The notes beneath the pieces were generated by a model. It saw nothing but the letters and a program-made list of their open reading frames with translations, was not told where the DNA came from and searched no databases. Shown here piece after piece: positions 1 through 13,796 of a stretch of DNA of 64,000 nt. The position numbers were made by a program, and so were the translations under genes. The DNA is from a virus, in IMG/VR virus record IMGVR_UViG_3300042945_002791; one strand, given 5' to 3'. Position 1 is the stretch's first letter; each line of letters opens with the position of its first letter.

Positions 1-302
1 AATTTATTCTGAGAATTTCTTGAAGTTTGAAAATCTTTATTTAAATATCCTGTATTATTTACCGATATAGAAGCAGATGGTGAATGCATATAACCTTCAT
101 AAGAAGGTTTACCGCCAATCTTTCTGTCTTTTGATTGAGATATTTTTCTTTTGCCGGTGTCAACAGATCTACTGGATTCTTCTTTGCCAGTTGTTACTTT
201 TTTAGACTCTCCCATTGCTTCTTTAACTCTGGGAGATGTATCTATGTTTTTCTGTCCTGCATCTTTGAGGTTTTTATTTTGATTTTCTGCGTCAAATATC
301 AT
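1..302 (-). CDS. Hypothetical protein, runs off the window edge (MIFDAENQNKNLK...)
   Basis: ATG at 302 preceded by AGGAGA; frame open to position 1 by manual translation. Confidence 0.7.
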   Translation of the reverse strand, partial: MIFDAENQNKNLKDAGQKNIDTSPRVKEAMGESKKVTTGKEESSRSVDTGKRKISQSKDRKIGGKPSYEGYMHSPSASISVNNTGYLNKDFQTSRNSQNK

Positions 303-311
303 ACATTTCTC

Positions 312-3300
312 CTAGAAGGAACTTCCCATTTCTTTGTACGGATCCACATTTAAATCTTTAATATTATTATAATATGTTGCAGAAGAAGCTCCGGGCATAA
401 GTGCTCCGATAGAATCGCCAAATCTTCTTGCATTTTCGTTTGATCCAGAGACGTTTACTCTATATGTAACGCCATTTTCTCCAGAAATCATTGGATAATT
501 TTTTGGCTGAAGATTTAAAGTATTTCCTGGATAACCAGACTCGTATGCACTGCCTCCTGGCAAAAGCGGTGGGCCAGTCATGTCTTCTGGTGAGTGGTCT
601 TTTCTTGCAGAATGTATAAATCCAAAAGCTCCAAGAGCAACAATTCCTGCAAGTGTGCCTTTAACATATGGTTTATCTATGAGTCTTTTTAAGTCTCCAT
701 CGGCGATGGCTTTGGATATTCTTTTATATTTTTGACCAGCTATTGGTCTTGTGGTAGCTCCAGATGGACTACCTGCTGCATCAGCTATGGCCGGTATTGA
801 AACTCTGCCAGTTGCAGGGTCCATATACATATCTTCAAAACCTGCAGCTCTTGCTTGATAAAGAGTGCTTACTTCTCCTGCTGCTTTTTGTACTCCAGAT
901 ATATTTCTTATAGTATCTTCATCGCCAATTTCTCTTACGGCAGCCATTGCCTCGTCGCTTCTAGATGTTTCTATTAGTTGTCCTATTTGCCTAAAATCAT
1001 CTTCTGTCATTATTCCTGATGTTAATTCACTCAAAGTTGGAGGAGCTATGACTCCTGCACGACCACGTGGAGCATAACCTCTTAATCTTCTGGCGCTTCC
1101 AGGAGAATCGATGTTCATTATTCTTGTAATCATTTTTTGAGTTTCGTCTGCTTGTGTTAAGGATTCTTCTGCTCTTGCTCTTGCTTCTGGGGTAAGGTAA
1201 CTCAAATATCTATCTACTACTTGGTGCATTTTTTGAGCGTCTGAACCTTCGAATCTTCTATCTGTAACAATTCCAAAGTAATTTCTTCTTAACTCGGACA
1301 GTCTTTTTAGTTCAGACAATCTATTTGGAACTGCTGGATCAATTTCGCCTAAAGTAGCTAATTCTCTATGTGATACTTTTTGCATTCTTTCCTGTAATTG
1401 AATTGCATCGTAAAAATCAAGCTCAGTTAAATTATCCATTCCGCCAGCTCTTAATCTTTCAACGCTTGCAACTATGTCTTGCCTTATTTCTTCTCCTAGA
1501 TTAGCTCTTGCTCTTTCTAGTTGCGATTTTTCAAATCCTTCAGCGGACTCTGCCCTTGTTATGGATCTTTGGAACTCGTCAAAAGCCTTCATCTGATCTT
1601 GGGCTTGTGCAACAATTCTTGCAGCTTCAGATTCAACTTCGCTTGCTATTGGTGCACCTTGTCTATTCATATAAAATATGTCTATTTCTGCTGCGCTTCT
1701 TGACATAAATGCTTTACGGTTTGCGTTTTGCAATCTTACGTTAAAATTATCTGCAGCATCTAAATGCATTGAAGCAGCTGCATATTTACTGTTAGAACTA
1801 ATACTAATTAACTCTCCAAGTGTTTTCATATCAGCTCCAACTGCTGACTCTAAGCGAACCCTTGCTTCAGCAAATCTTGCCTGAGCATCTGGATCTAGGT
1901 TTGCATCAACGAAATCGGAAAGTTTCTGTAATCCTTGCTGAATTCCTATTCCTAGATTCTCTGCATTTTTTGTTCCTTGAATTTTAAGATTATATAATCT
2001 TGGATCTACTCCAAATCTTTCTAAATCCTCTGGACTTATGCCAAGGGCTTCTGCTCCAGCTTGCATTATTGCAATTCTCATACCTAGATGTTGCATGAGT
2101 GTTTCTCCTGCTTCATCTAGATTTTTAATTCCAAGTTCCTCTAGAGCTTTGCCAACTTGACGAGGGTCCATGTTGGTCATCGCTGCATCTGCTGTTAGTG
2201 CAAAAGCTTTTAAAATTGCATTTCTATTAGAAGCTTCTGCAGCTGCAGTTGTTGCACCCAAGACCCTCATTCCACCCGTTGTCTTGGTAAAGTCAACAGC
2301 TTCTTCTGGAATGAAGAATGGTGTTATTACTTCTTTTCTAACAAAATCGAGGAACGCATCCGTGCTTGCGTCACCCCTTGAAGCAAGATCGGACATAATA
2401 TCTTCCATTTGGTCCACTGTTGAACCAACGGCCATAAGTTTGTTGACATAACTACCAAGTATGGCTGTCTCAGCGTCTCCAAAATTAAGCCTTGATCTAT
2501 AAAGCTCCATTCCCTTTTCGATTTCTGCCAAAGCAACTCTTTTTTTCATTGCTCTAGAAGCTGTATCTGCCGAATCTGGTAATTGATTTTCTACTATTCC
2601 TGCAAGAGCTTTTCTAAAGTCTAAATCTACCATATCAAATGTATCGCCAGATTTGGAAATCATTCTGTCAAGCAAAGCTGTATCTGCTGCCCTTTGTTTC
2701 CTTAACCCTTCAACTATTGCAGTTCTTTCAGATTCCTCAAAAGCTGCTGGAGCAGTTTCGCCAAACAATCTAAAGAATTGACCTCTAGCATAATAAGGTG
2801 CTAAAAACTTCATTTCTTTTTCATCCAGTGTAGCTGCTGCTTCTCTCATGACTTCAGGGGTAAGAGTTAACGCACCACCAGCTCCAACCTTTGCCATAAG
2901 ATTCATTAATCTTTCTGGTATTTCTTGTACGCCTCTTCCGTGAATTCTGTTATAGGCAGCATCTATTACGTTGTCTGCATTAATTTGTGTATCTCTGAAA
3001 AAACCAAAGGACTCATCAAAAAGTCTAGAGCTCTTGGTTCCAAGAAGTTCTCTATTTGCAATGTTTTCTTTTGTTACTCCTATGCCTGCAAATTTTCTAT
3101 GGAGATACGCAAACCTCTTTGCTTCTTCATCTGTATAATCTTTAAATTTTCCTACATTAAAATTCATGTACTCATGCATTTCTCCAGCCGCTGTCCTCAA
3201 TGTTGCATCGGCGGTGTCATCATCAGCTATTTGTAAAAGTGTTTTTTTAAATTGATCATTTTTTCCAAACAATTCATTTAAAGTATGATGGTCTTTTGAT

Positions 3301-5847
3301 ATTGTTTGAACTACAAATTCAGAAGGACCAGTTGGCTGTCTAAATGTCATAAATGCGGTTCTCTTTCTGCCCGCATTATCAACAAAGCTTCTTATTGTTG
3401 GAAGACCTTTGTCGTCAAAGTCGAATCCACCCAAAGAAGCCTGATGTGTAACAGATGATAGTCCACTAAATAAAAGTCTATGATTATAAATTCTAGCTCT
3501 AGAGAAATCGACATTTCTTACAACACTAGCCCCAGTTGTATCGGTTGCCATCATTTCTACTTTATCTATACCCTTATTTACGGATCCTCTAGTGGCTAAT
3601 AGGAATGGAGTATCTTGACCTTGTAATGATGGTATTTCAGCTTCAATATCAAATCTAAATAAATCAGGAGTTTTTAATATTCTTACTCTTTTATTATTTG
3701 TACGAGTTTCATCAAAAATTTGCCTTCTATAATAATTAGTTAAAGCGTTGACCACTTCTGGATCTGTAACGTTACCGCTAATAAGGGCGTTATTTAATCT
3801 TTTTGCTAGCTCTTTGTTTTGATATTTTGATCCAGCTTTGTGCTTACCAAAAGTTAAGTTGAATGCATCTCTAGTAGTCTCGTCAAGATTTTGCATTACT
3901 CTTTCTCTAACCTTTTCTGGAACTATTCCAGTTCTAAGGATTTCATCCAACTCATCCATTTGACTTTTTGCATAATCCGTTGTTACCTTCGGTACCATTG
4001 CATTTCCTGCTGCATCAAATTCAGTAAATGCTTCTCTATGAAATAATATCATCTGAAGGTCAGGGTTAACAGCTTCGGTGCTTCGTGCGTCTAGAACATC
4101 AAAATTTAAGAATTCTTGAAATCCAGTTTCTTTTTTAACCATAACATCTGGAATAACGATTGATACATCGTCCGGTAAATCTTCTACTATTCTACCTCTA
4201 CCTTTTAAGAACGCGAAAGGCCCTTCTCCTACACCTATTCTTGCGTTTAGGGATTCTATATCCCTCATTCTTGCGTCTAGCCTAACGCCTCTGGTCCCAT
4301 CTGCTCTTGTAAATTCTCTTTCATCAAGAGTTGCAAAAGCTTCAATTTGCGCTCTTAAATCTCGCATTTGTTGTTGAGCTGCAGTATCCATAGACTCACC
4401 TTCTTCAAGGTATCTCATATAAAAACCCTCATAGGTTTGCAGTAGTGAATCGCTTGACATTCTTCCTCTTCTTGGGCCAGATTTATATCGAGCTATATTT
4501 CCTCTTGCGTCTCTATCTCCTATAATATATTTTTCTAAATGATTTTTATTTACAACAAATACACCGTCAACTGATACTTCCATTTTATCTAGTGTTAGTT
4601 TTAGTGCATTTTTTGTAGCACTATCTATTGTTCTAGAGCTTTCTACTAAACTTTCAAATTCTTTTGTAACAGATTTACCGAGAGCTAGATGCCCTAGTAT
4701 GCGCTGTTCTCATTAATTTTGCTATGTCTGTGTACGTTTTTTGGTTTGTTTTGCTAGGATCTAAAATTGCATCTAATATATTTGAACCTTCTGCTGCAGC
4801 GAGATCTGCATCATGGTAGAACTTATAGGAAAAAGCGTTGTACCTCGTTGTTAAATTATTTGCTATTGATTTTTGTTCTTTAGTAGCAGTCGAAGAAGTG
4901 TTTAATTTTGATGCTAATGCTGCTGTTAGCATTTCTGCTCTAGCATCGACCATAACCGTTGCGTCAGCTAATGTAGCTTTTCCTGAACCTCTTAAAAATT
5001 TTTGTACACCAGTTCCAGACATAGAGAATTGTCTAGGGGATTCATATCCTCTGTTTCTTTTTGTTAGTTTTTGAACCAGACTTTCTATTCCACCTTCTTT
5101 TCCTCCTTTAGCAGCAAGTTCGTAAGGAGACATTCTTGGTGATCCAACAAATGATTTAATTGCGGCAATTTGTGTTTGAGTCATCTTTTGGCCAGGTAGT
5201 CCATATTCTAAAAAGTTAAATCCATCATCTGTAGTAGAAGCTATGCCTAGCATTTCTCCAGCAGAATCTCCACCAACCCTAAAGGCATCCATGCCTACAC
5301 CTTTTGTAGCGTCAATTGACATAGCCCTTATTTCAAAATCAACCGTTTCAAAAGATCTTCCACCAGGTCTTGTGTAGGTTTTTAGTTGCGCTCCATCCAA
5401 GACCTCTCCAAGACCAAGGTCTCTTAAAGCTTTTGCTGTTGCTCCTCTTGGATTCTTTTTTGCTTCAGTTAAAACTTCTGAAATCTTTTTTCTTTCTTCA
5501 AGCAGTTCTCCATAAGGAAGCTGTCTATTTATTCTTGCATCTGGATCTGCAGATAACCTTGCGTAAGAAACCATTCCAAAATCGTTTGATCTTCTTACTG
5601 CTTCTGCTAGATCTGTAAATTCTTCACCTGTGTGAGATAAAACAAATAATGGAGACTGAATAGTGGAACCATCTGGAAGTGTTCTTGGTCTCATTTCTAC
5701 TCTAATTACCTGAGAATATCCAAGAGGAGTTAGCTCCAGCATTCTCCTGGCAATTCTTTCAGAAGTTTCTGGACTTGTCCCTTCTGGTATTACGCTCTTG
5801 CTGAGTAGATCTAAGCTCTGTGTTCCTACGTCCCTAAGCCTTGGCAT
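312..5847 (-). CDS. Large virion/ejection-type protein, ~1844 aa when joined by a +1 shift at CGG (4678-4680); possible RNA-polymerase-like motifs
   Basis: ORFs 4675..5847 and 312..4583 join as ...RASSS-[C]GGT-KSVTKEFESLVESSRTIDSATKNALKLTLDKMEV...; C-terminal hydrophobic helix; GGFDFDD and FRQP motifs. Confidence 0.65.
4677..4680 (-). other. +1 recoding site 1 (TCT CGG T)
   Basis: In-frame CGG followed directly by TAA; +1 frame open from GGT into the downstream ORF. Confidence 0.85.
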
Positions 5848-8800
5848 TATCTAACACCTGCCGAAAGTTCCACTGAACTACTACCAAATGGATTAATTAC
5901 AGGAGTTATTGAACCATCAAGACCGGAGCTTAGCATCATTCTTCTTAGATTCTCTAGAACTGATGATCTATCTGCTTGAGCAGCAAAAGTTGGATAACTT
6001 GGATTTGTTAAACCAGCTTCTTTTACTTGTTGTGGATAATATCCCATTTGAGACATTTCGACACCCATTGATTGTCCTATTTTTATTTTTACATGCTCCA
6101 TGTTTGTGTTAGGATGCCAGCCTTCCCAGGAAGCATCTGGTAATTCATGGCTAGTAAAATAGTCAACAAGATCCGGCCTTTTTTCAACTTCCATTCCCCA
6201 GGCAGCTTGGTAAATTCTTCTTTCAAGTCTAGGAGCAGTTGATAGTATTCTTTCTCTTTCTCCAGAATCTGTTTCCTGAATCATCTCCTTAAAGTGTTCT
6301 CTTTTTCTTTTTGGCACTGACAAAGAAAGAGTCTCAACAGATGCTCCATAAATATCTGCTCCATACATTGTTCTATTAGCTGCTTGCCTAAATTGCCTTG
6401 CAGACTGAACATCTCCAGCTTCTTGAGCCTGAGAAGCTAATGAAGTATTTTTAACATAAGTTAATACATCTGAATACTCTTCTAACGCCATTTGTTGTTT
6501 TCTTTTTTTGGGAATAAATCTTTCTCCAGTAATTGCTTCTGAAATATTTCCATATGTCCCAGCTGCTGCACCAGTAAATGCGCCAACTGCTGAACCAAAA
6601 ACCTTTGCTCTAGGAGTTGTACCAAAAGCAGCGCCCACTAATCCCATAACACCAGCAGCTGCGATAGGATTTCTTTGCGTTGCTTTGTAAACCATAGGCT
6701 CTATAAAGCTTTCAAACGGTCTTTGCCATTCTGGGAAGGTTGAGCCATAAACGTTTTGTCTTTCCCAGTCTTCTACGGCAGTTTTTCTGGGAAGAAACTT
6801 TGTATTAAAAATAGTATCTCTGTGAGCAATTGCTTCTCCAGCTCTTCCCAGCATATACCTGCCCAATCCCATATCAAGATCTTCTGGGGAAGCGTTTCTA
6901 TATTTATATCTTTCAAATTCTTCTTTTTGAGTAACACCCTGTACTTGTTCTCTAATATTTTGAAGTTGAGCTCTTTCAGCTGGATCTTCAATCATAGAAC
7001 CTATTGATCTATTTAATGCTCTAAACTCTGAAGAGTACGGAGCAACGTCTCCTAATATATCTAATTGAGTAATTGGACTATACTGACCTGAGGGATCTTT
7101 AAATGCAGTATGAAGTCTTTCGTACCCTTTTCCAGGCAGTCTTAATTCACCTTCTTGAACTTTGGTAAATGGATCTCCAGTTTTAAAGTTTATAAAATAA
7201 TCTGCTCCTGGCAAAAACGGATTTGTATCTGCCATTCTGTTTCTAATTGGGTTTATATAATCTACATTTGTTCTTTCTTTTGGAATAAATCTTCTAACAA
7301 CTTCAGATATTTCTATATTTCCAAGAGCTCCTTCTGCAGCGAGTGGTACGTCTCCAAGACCTCCAAGATTCAGATCCCAAAAAGCTCTTGATGTCCCATA
7401 TGCTTTTGATGCCGATTGCAAAACCGCTCTTTGTGGCTCAAGGTCTGATTGTCCAAATCCAAATTTTTCTCTTATAGAGCTACTCATGAAACCATATATA
7501 CCGGCCATTTCTTGAGCTCTATAACCCAATTCTGATGATTGGAATTCTAATGAACCTTGACTTATCGGCGCTCCTGTTGCAACAATTCTTGGTGGAACAA
7601 TTCCAGAAGTTTTTGGAGCACCATATGATGCGTCGCTTAGCATGCTGTTTATATCTGACATTCTTGCCGTAATATCATTTCTCACTAGCCCAAGCGGAGA
7701 ACCGGACATCGCAGACATTTGCGCATTGCTTTGCGATATGCCCATTGTTGAAAGTTCTCCAGAACCAGGTGATCTTTGTAAGATCCCCATTGGAGTTATA
7801 TCTGTAGTGCGAGATGAAATTGCACCTAGATCAAATTGATCAGATAAATAAGAATAATCTTTATTAAAAGCTGTAAAACCTTTTGGATTGACCAAGTATC
7901 CAGAAACATCATATGCTCCTGACTGACCAGCTCTTACATAATTTGCTAAACCAGCTTGAAGCTCTTCTTCGTGCATTGTTTGCTGTGGCTTTAATATTTT
8001 TCCAACTGTTGCATTTAATGCAGAAGTCATTGGTCCCCAAGGACCAGTAAAATATTCTCCAGTTACTGGATAAGGTCTATCTTCATAATGCTTTCTTTCA
8101 AACTTATACGGATCTAGTGGCCTTAGTGGAGAGTAGTCATTATAGAATAAAGCTTTTTCTGCTGGACTTCCATAGGTGTCAGAAGTAAACATTGCCCCAG
8201 CTTGAAGTTTTCTATACCAAGAAGGTCTGTAGTATTGTATTTTTCCACCTTCAAAAGGCGTATTTCCAAGTGGCCAGAATCTTCCCTGCCTAATTGGCAC
8301 TTCGCCTTCGGTTAATTGCTCCCTCTTTTCTTGGTATGACATTCCCCCTGGAGTAATTCCAGAAAATGCAGCTTGAACTTCAACTGCTCCAGTTGCAGCT
8401 GCGCCCATAAAGAATGGGGAGTAGACCCTTTCTCCATATTGGTCTTTTTCGTTGACCATTCCACCCAGAGTCCTGTCGGCAGCCATTAGAGTAGAGCCAC
8501 CTGCAACTATCGGAAGAACTCTTTTGCCTACCATTCCCCTTGCAAAGAGATCCATTGGACCTCTATAGTTGTTTACATCAAGCTGCATCCCTAAAGTGCC
8601 AAAATATTTATTAAGTCTTTCTACACCATGTCCAACAACTGCGCCAACTCCAGAATATGATGATGGATCAGAGTAAGTTGTAAAACCAAGTGCGCTTGCT
8701 ATTGCACCAAAAGGGTTGTCAGCAAAAACTGTTCCAAATGTTGGAACAAATGTTGTTGATTGATTTGACCCAAGACCAGAAACTCCAGGGTTTTTTAATT

Positions 8801-11800
8801 GATAATCCGATACACCAAACTGTCTAGAAAAAGCTGGAACTATAGAAGAAAATGGTCTTCTAAGAGATGTGGTAACCTCTTTTGTTCTAGCCATTGCCAT
8901 TGGCTCTAATAGGCTTCTAAGTTCTGGAGTTGACCTTGCTCTGTTTATGGTTTCATGTAGTGCTGCAGTTGTATTGCCTAAAGAAGTTCTACCTGAAGCA
9001 AACGTAGAGAAGGTTGAACCTGTGTATAAACTAGATAGTGCAGCTGCTTGTGCTTCAACTAATTCTGTAGAGCTTAATCTTCCTGCTTGATGTAAATCGG
9101 TAATCGCTTTTGTTAAATCGATCAACGGATCTCTTGATGGAGCTCCAGTTCTTGCAGACTCTATCGCAGCGTTTCTTCTTCCTAAATAAAGGAATAGTTC
9201 GCTTTTTAGTTCATCAAGTTTTGTATTTAATGACGGTGATTTTGATCTTCTTGAAGACTCAGCCAATAAGTCAGCATCTCTTAGAAGCTGATCTACTCTT
9301 GAAAAAGAGCTTCTAACTTTTCCAGGAAGGCTACTTAATGTTCTATCTGTTCTCTTTAAGTCTTGAGCAAACTTGATTGCATCTTCTACGGTTCTTAACT
9401 CTGAAACATTCTTAATAACATTTCCAGTTTCACCTGGTCTTAGTCTTCTTTGTTTGAATTTAAATAGATCCTGTAATGTACTGTCATCTTTGACAGCTTC
9501 CATAACTTTTTGTGAGAATCCAGATTCTTGTTGTTCTTGAAAGAATCTACTTGCTGCTCTAATAAAAGTTTCGTTATCAGCTAATTCTTTACCTGTTCTA
9601 GGATCAACTACTTGAAATCTTGCGTTAGACCCTTCTCCGGAAATGTTTAATCTAAGTTCTCTTGAACCTATTTTTGCCGTGCCAGATTCTGATTTTAGAA
9701 GGTTTGCTATTACTGTTGGATTAAATACATCGATTCTTCTATTTCTAAATCTAGAAGCTAAAGAAAAAAGCGAAGAAGGCTGATCTTCCGCCAAATCCAT
9801 AGCAGATCTCAATCTTTGAGTTAAGCTAAGTGGTCTACCTTCTTTGAAATCTTCATAAAGACCTTTAACGGTTTGAGATATTGTAGTTCCCGTAGACTCA
9901 ATCATGTCGCTTGCATATGCAGCTTGCCTTGTTATAAATCCTTGAGATAAGTTGTCTACTGGCCTATAAAATCCTTTTAGTCTATTTGCTTTTAATGCGC
10001 CTTCTTCATCATATGAATACGAAGTAACTGTTCCTTTTGATCTACTGAACATCGATCTTTTTGTTTGATATATAAAGAACTCTGCATTTTCTTGGCTAGC
10101 TGCTTCGCCAAAAGGTTGCACTCCACCACCTGGAACAAAATGTATAGGAGATTTCTTACTCATTCCCATCATTTGGTCTCTTGCAAAAAGACTATTTAGA
10201 TTTATGTGAACAATCGGTACTTCAAACTCTGAACCAAAAAAGTTTCCAAGTCCCCTTAAGGTTCCAGTTAACTTTGTAAGGTCAACCATTTGACCGCTTC
10301 TACTCGTATATAATCCATCTATTGAAGATGATCCTATAGAGGTAGAAACCGGATCGTTGAGGCCTAATCTTCTATTTATATTTAAAAGAACTTCTTGTTC
10401 TCTGTCTGACATATAGTTAAAGAACTTACGATCTCTTGCCTCATCAAAGGTTACTGGTCTTAAACCAAGAAAATTAAATCCGCCAGAACTAGTTGGTTGT
10501 GTAAGTTTTTTATTTTGAACCAAGAATGCTCTTAGAGAAGCAAAGTTGCTAGAATCTAATCCATTTCTTGCAAGTCCGTCTTCTATAATACTGGAAGAGA
10601 CTCTTCTTCCGTTATCATCAATGAGTTTTATTCCTAATACTTGTGCGGATTTTCTTTGTAGATATTCTTTTTGTACAGAAGAAAGTTCTCCAGTAAAAGA
10701 TTTGTAAGACTCATTTATTGGTTTTAGAAGACCTTCAGTATGATTTGTTAAATGATCTTCATAAAGAGTTTTCCATTGAGATCTCAGTTTTCTTGTTACT
10801 CCAGCTTGAAACTCTTTTTGTCTAAATTGATTATTAGCGTTTCTAATTGCTCTTTGTATTACATCGCCACTTAGTCCGCTATCCTCACCTAGACCTTTAA
10901 TTCTTGCTGCTCGTGCTGCTACTTCTGCAAAGAAGTCTGGACCCTCTTTAAATATTTCATCCTTGCCAAATGATATTATTTGACTTTCATCAATTCTAGC
11001 TCCTGGTCTAGGAACTCTGTTAAGTCGCATTTGTTGCGAGAAAAGTTTTGCAGAGTTTTCACCTATGCCCTGATTAACTAGATGTTTTTCTACTTGACTT
11101 CTAAATTCTTTTCTTAATTGATCTTGAAAGAATTTGCTATCGTCTGATCTAAATCTGTTACCATAGCTATTGATACCACCCATTTGATCAGCTACTGTAG
11201 AAACAAAGTTTGAAAGTCTACTACTGTGTAGATTTCTTATTCTTTCCATTTCTGGTCTTAATAACTGAGAGGCTCTTTCAGCCGTTTCCGTTGCTCCAGC
11301 AACAGCTCCTTTTTTATCGACTAAATATTTTCCTATATTAGATCTAGCCTTGTCATAACTTATTGCTTGAGTTACAACATCATAAGCTTCTCCAGCTATT
11401 TTAAACTTTTCCCCAAACTCCATAAACCCAGTTTTTAGACCTCTAAAAGCTGGGATCATGTCTAGAAGACCGTATGCGGTACCATCTCCAAATGTATCTT
11501 TATCGCCAAGAAATATTTTTTTTGCAAAACTATCTGTTATAGCAGTTCTATTTCTGTATGTTTGTGCTATTTGTCGAAAAACTTGCTGTTGAGTTGGTTG
11601 GTCATTTAAAGCTGCTGTGGTAGAACTATTAAACGCTGACGCAACTTGTGATGAAGTCCTAACAACCCTGTTAGTTACAGAAACTAGATCGTTACCGACT
11701 TCTTTTAGAACAGCATCCAGAGAAACGTATCTATTTTGAAGATTTTTTTCAAACTGACTAGTTGGAGCACTGTATAATTTAGTTGTTAAAGCTCTTCTAG

Positions 11801-12576
11801 CTGTAGATCCAGCAGCTCCAGCTATCTCTGTTGGCATTAAAACGCCGAAGGTATTTATTACAGATTGTTTAGCAAAGTCTGCAACAACATCAACAGGGTT
11901 ATACCATTTAACTTTGTTTTCTGGATCGTTGTTTCCAAATAAAGGATCAGTAACAGCCCTTTGCGTTACATACATTGCAGGGAGCATGTAGGGCAGTTGA
12001 CGAGCTCCGGCTTACTAGTTTTTGTTGTAACTGATCTCTAAAAGCATAAACAGCTGGTGGCTCACTAGTTAGGCCTGCTCTGGCTTGCCTAATTTCTTCA
12101 TCGCTAAAATGCATTCCATAGCGATTATTTTTTAAAGCATTAGAGTAGCCTGTTGTTAAACCGCCTTCTGCGGTTTCAAGAACCAAATTATCATAGAAGT
12201 AGTCAGGATCTACGCCATCGCCAATCGACCTTGAGACGCCTTGTAGGGTGTCCATAACCCTTCTAAGTTCACCAACGCTCTCAACTGCCCTAGTTGAAAA
12301 GTTTGTTCTACCAGAGGCTCTGGCTGCTCTTGCAGAGTCATCTATAGTTTTTGCTAGTTTAAGGCCACCTTTACGAAATAAGGCTCCGGCTACACCCGCT
12401 CCAACAACAGCAGCCACGTTAGAGGCTACGAATCTCATAACAGGATGGCCGTTTAAAGCCCTACCTATAGCGCCAGAATTTGGACTTGGACCTTCTGATT
12501 CACCCTCGTTAACGGGTACGTCCCTAGAGGTTACACCATGACCTAAGTTGGTAAGTGGACCTCTATCGCGTATCAA
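5847..12576 (-). CDS. Very large tail-region protein, tape-measure candidate, ~2242 aa joined by +1 shift at CGG (12007-12009)
   Basis: Follows the chaperone genes; ORFs 11947..12576 and 5847..11987 join as QQKLVS-[C]GGA-ARQLPYMLPAMY. Confidence 0.6.
12006..12009 (-). other. +1 recoding site 2 (AGC CGG A)
   Basis: Only in-frame CGG found in the 6.7 kb gene; frame arithmetic matches a +1 join. Confidence 0.85.
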
Positions 12577-12591
12577 GTTTGTCTCCGTTTA

Positions 12592-13219
12592 TTATCCACC
12601 CCATAGCTTCTGTGCTATTGGGTCGTTTATTCCAGCTGCTCCAGGCATCTTTGCCATATCGTGTCTTGCTGCTTTTGATTGTTCTTTTTCTTTTTCTTCT
12701 TCTGGGTCTATTAGCTCAAGCTTCAAATCATTAGGCTGTAGACCGTTCATCGTCTGTGTAATCTCTATTATTTTTTCAGCCAGAGCAACCTTTTCTGCTA
12801 ACTGAGAATAAGTTAGGTTGTCAAGATCTTCTGGGGTGTATGCACTTATAGTAGCCAGTACAAAGGCTTTCATTAAGCCTCTAACTTGACCTGCATCTTC
12901 TCTTTTTTGTTCGAGTATTTGTTTTGCTATTCTAGGACTTTTAAAGCCTGAAAAATTCAATATTTCTTGAGCAAGGCCGGCTTACAATGCCTGCTGGCAT
13001 TCTATCTGGGTTGAAGTCCTCAGGGTAAACTACTGCCGTTTTTATTATTTCATCTTCAGCATCTACAGACGAACCATCTTGTAGATCCTGTAGTTCTATT
13101 ATTTTATCAAACTCTTTAAATGTTATTTCTCTAAATAAAACAGTATTACCCCTAATTTCCGCAGAAAATAGGGGTCCATACTTTTGTCTTAGTTCAAATA
13201 ACAAATCATTAGTTATCAT
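12592..13219 (-). CDS. Tail assembly chaperone-like protein 2, ~208 aa joined by +1 shift at CGG (12977-12979)
   Basis: Join gives MPAGIVSGLAQEILNFSGF, matching AGMPSLIAQEVLEASGF of the upstream paralogue; lies between tube and tape-measure-like genes. Confidence 0.7.
12976..12979 (-). other. +1 recoding site 3 (AGC CGG C)
   Basis: Join restores a motif shared with the paralogue 13228..13719. Confidence 0.88.
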
Positions 13220-13227
13220 TAATTATT

Positions 13228-13719
13228 TTATAACTGTCTAACCTCAAGCGCAACGAAGCCAGATGCTTCCAAAACTTCCTGCGCTATTAAGGAGGGCATT
13301 CCAGCCATTTCTCTATTTATGTCCTGTTTTTCGAATCCGGGATACAAAATACACATCTCTGCAATTGCTTCTTCATTCCACATATTTGCTTCAGCAGAAG
13401 TAAGTTGACCAGCTTGAACAAGCTGTTCCATCTTTTTAACAAGCTGCTTGTATTCATATCTAGAAAGTGTTCTCCAAACAATGTGCTTGTCAAAAGACAA
13501 AGAAGTTACATATACTTCTCCAAATTCTTTCTTCCACATTTTAATATGACCAGCGGTTGGCCCATCTGGCCAAATCTCTTCATCATCTGGAAGATCTTCT
13601 ACTTGAGTTTCTGTCTCTTGAATATCTTCTTCCGCTTCAATCATATTGATATCATCCTCGTGCATATCTTCTATGATTTCATCATTTGCTTCAACTCTAA
13701 CTTTTCTTTGATTTGTCAT
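13228..13719 (-). CDS. Tail assembly chaperone-like protein 1
   Basis: Acidic 163-aa ORF; synteny; paralogous to the next gene (WKKEFGEVY / LRQKYGPLF, xRxL/IxxxE, QEVLEASGF). Confidence 0.6.
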   Translation of the reverse strand: MTNQRKVRVEANDEIIEDMHEDDINMIEAEEDIQETETQVEDLPDDEEIWPDGPTAGHIKMWKKEFGEVYVTSLSFDKHIVWRTLSRYEYKQLVKKMEQLVQAGQLTSAEANMWNEEAIAEMCILYPGFEKQDINREMAGMPSLIAQEVLEASGFVALEVRQL

Positions 13720-13796
13720 TTTTATCTCCTGTAACTTGATCTATAGACATAGTGATATTATCACATTTTTTACTTTAAAACAATATTATTAATAAT

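Noticed and set aside
12941-12979. Classical -1 G/GT tail-chaperone frameshift
   Set aside because: The direction is +1, there is no slippery heptamer and the site is mid-domain.
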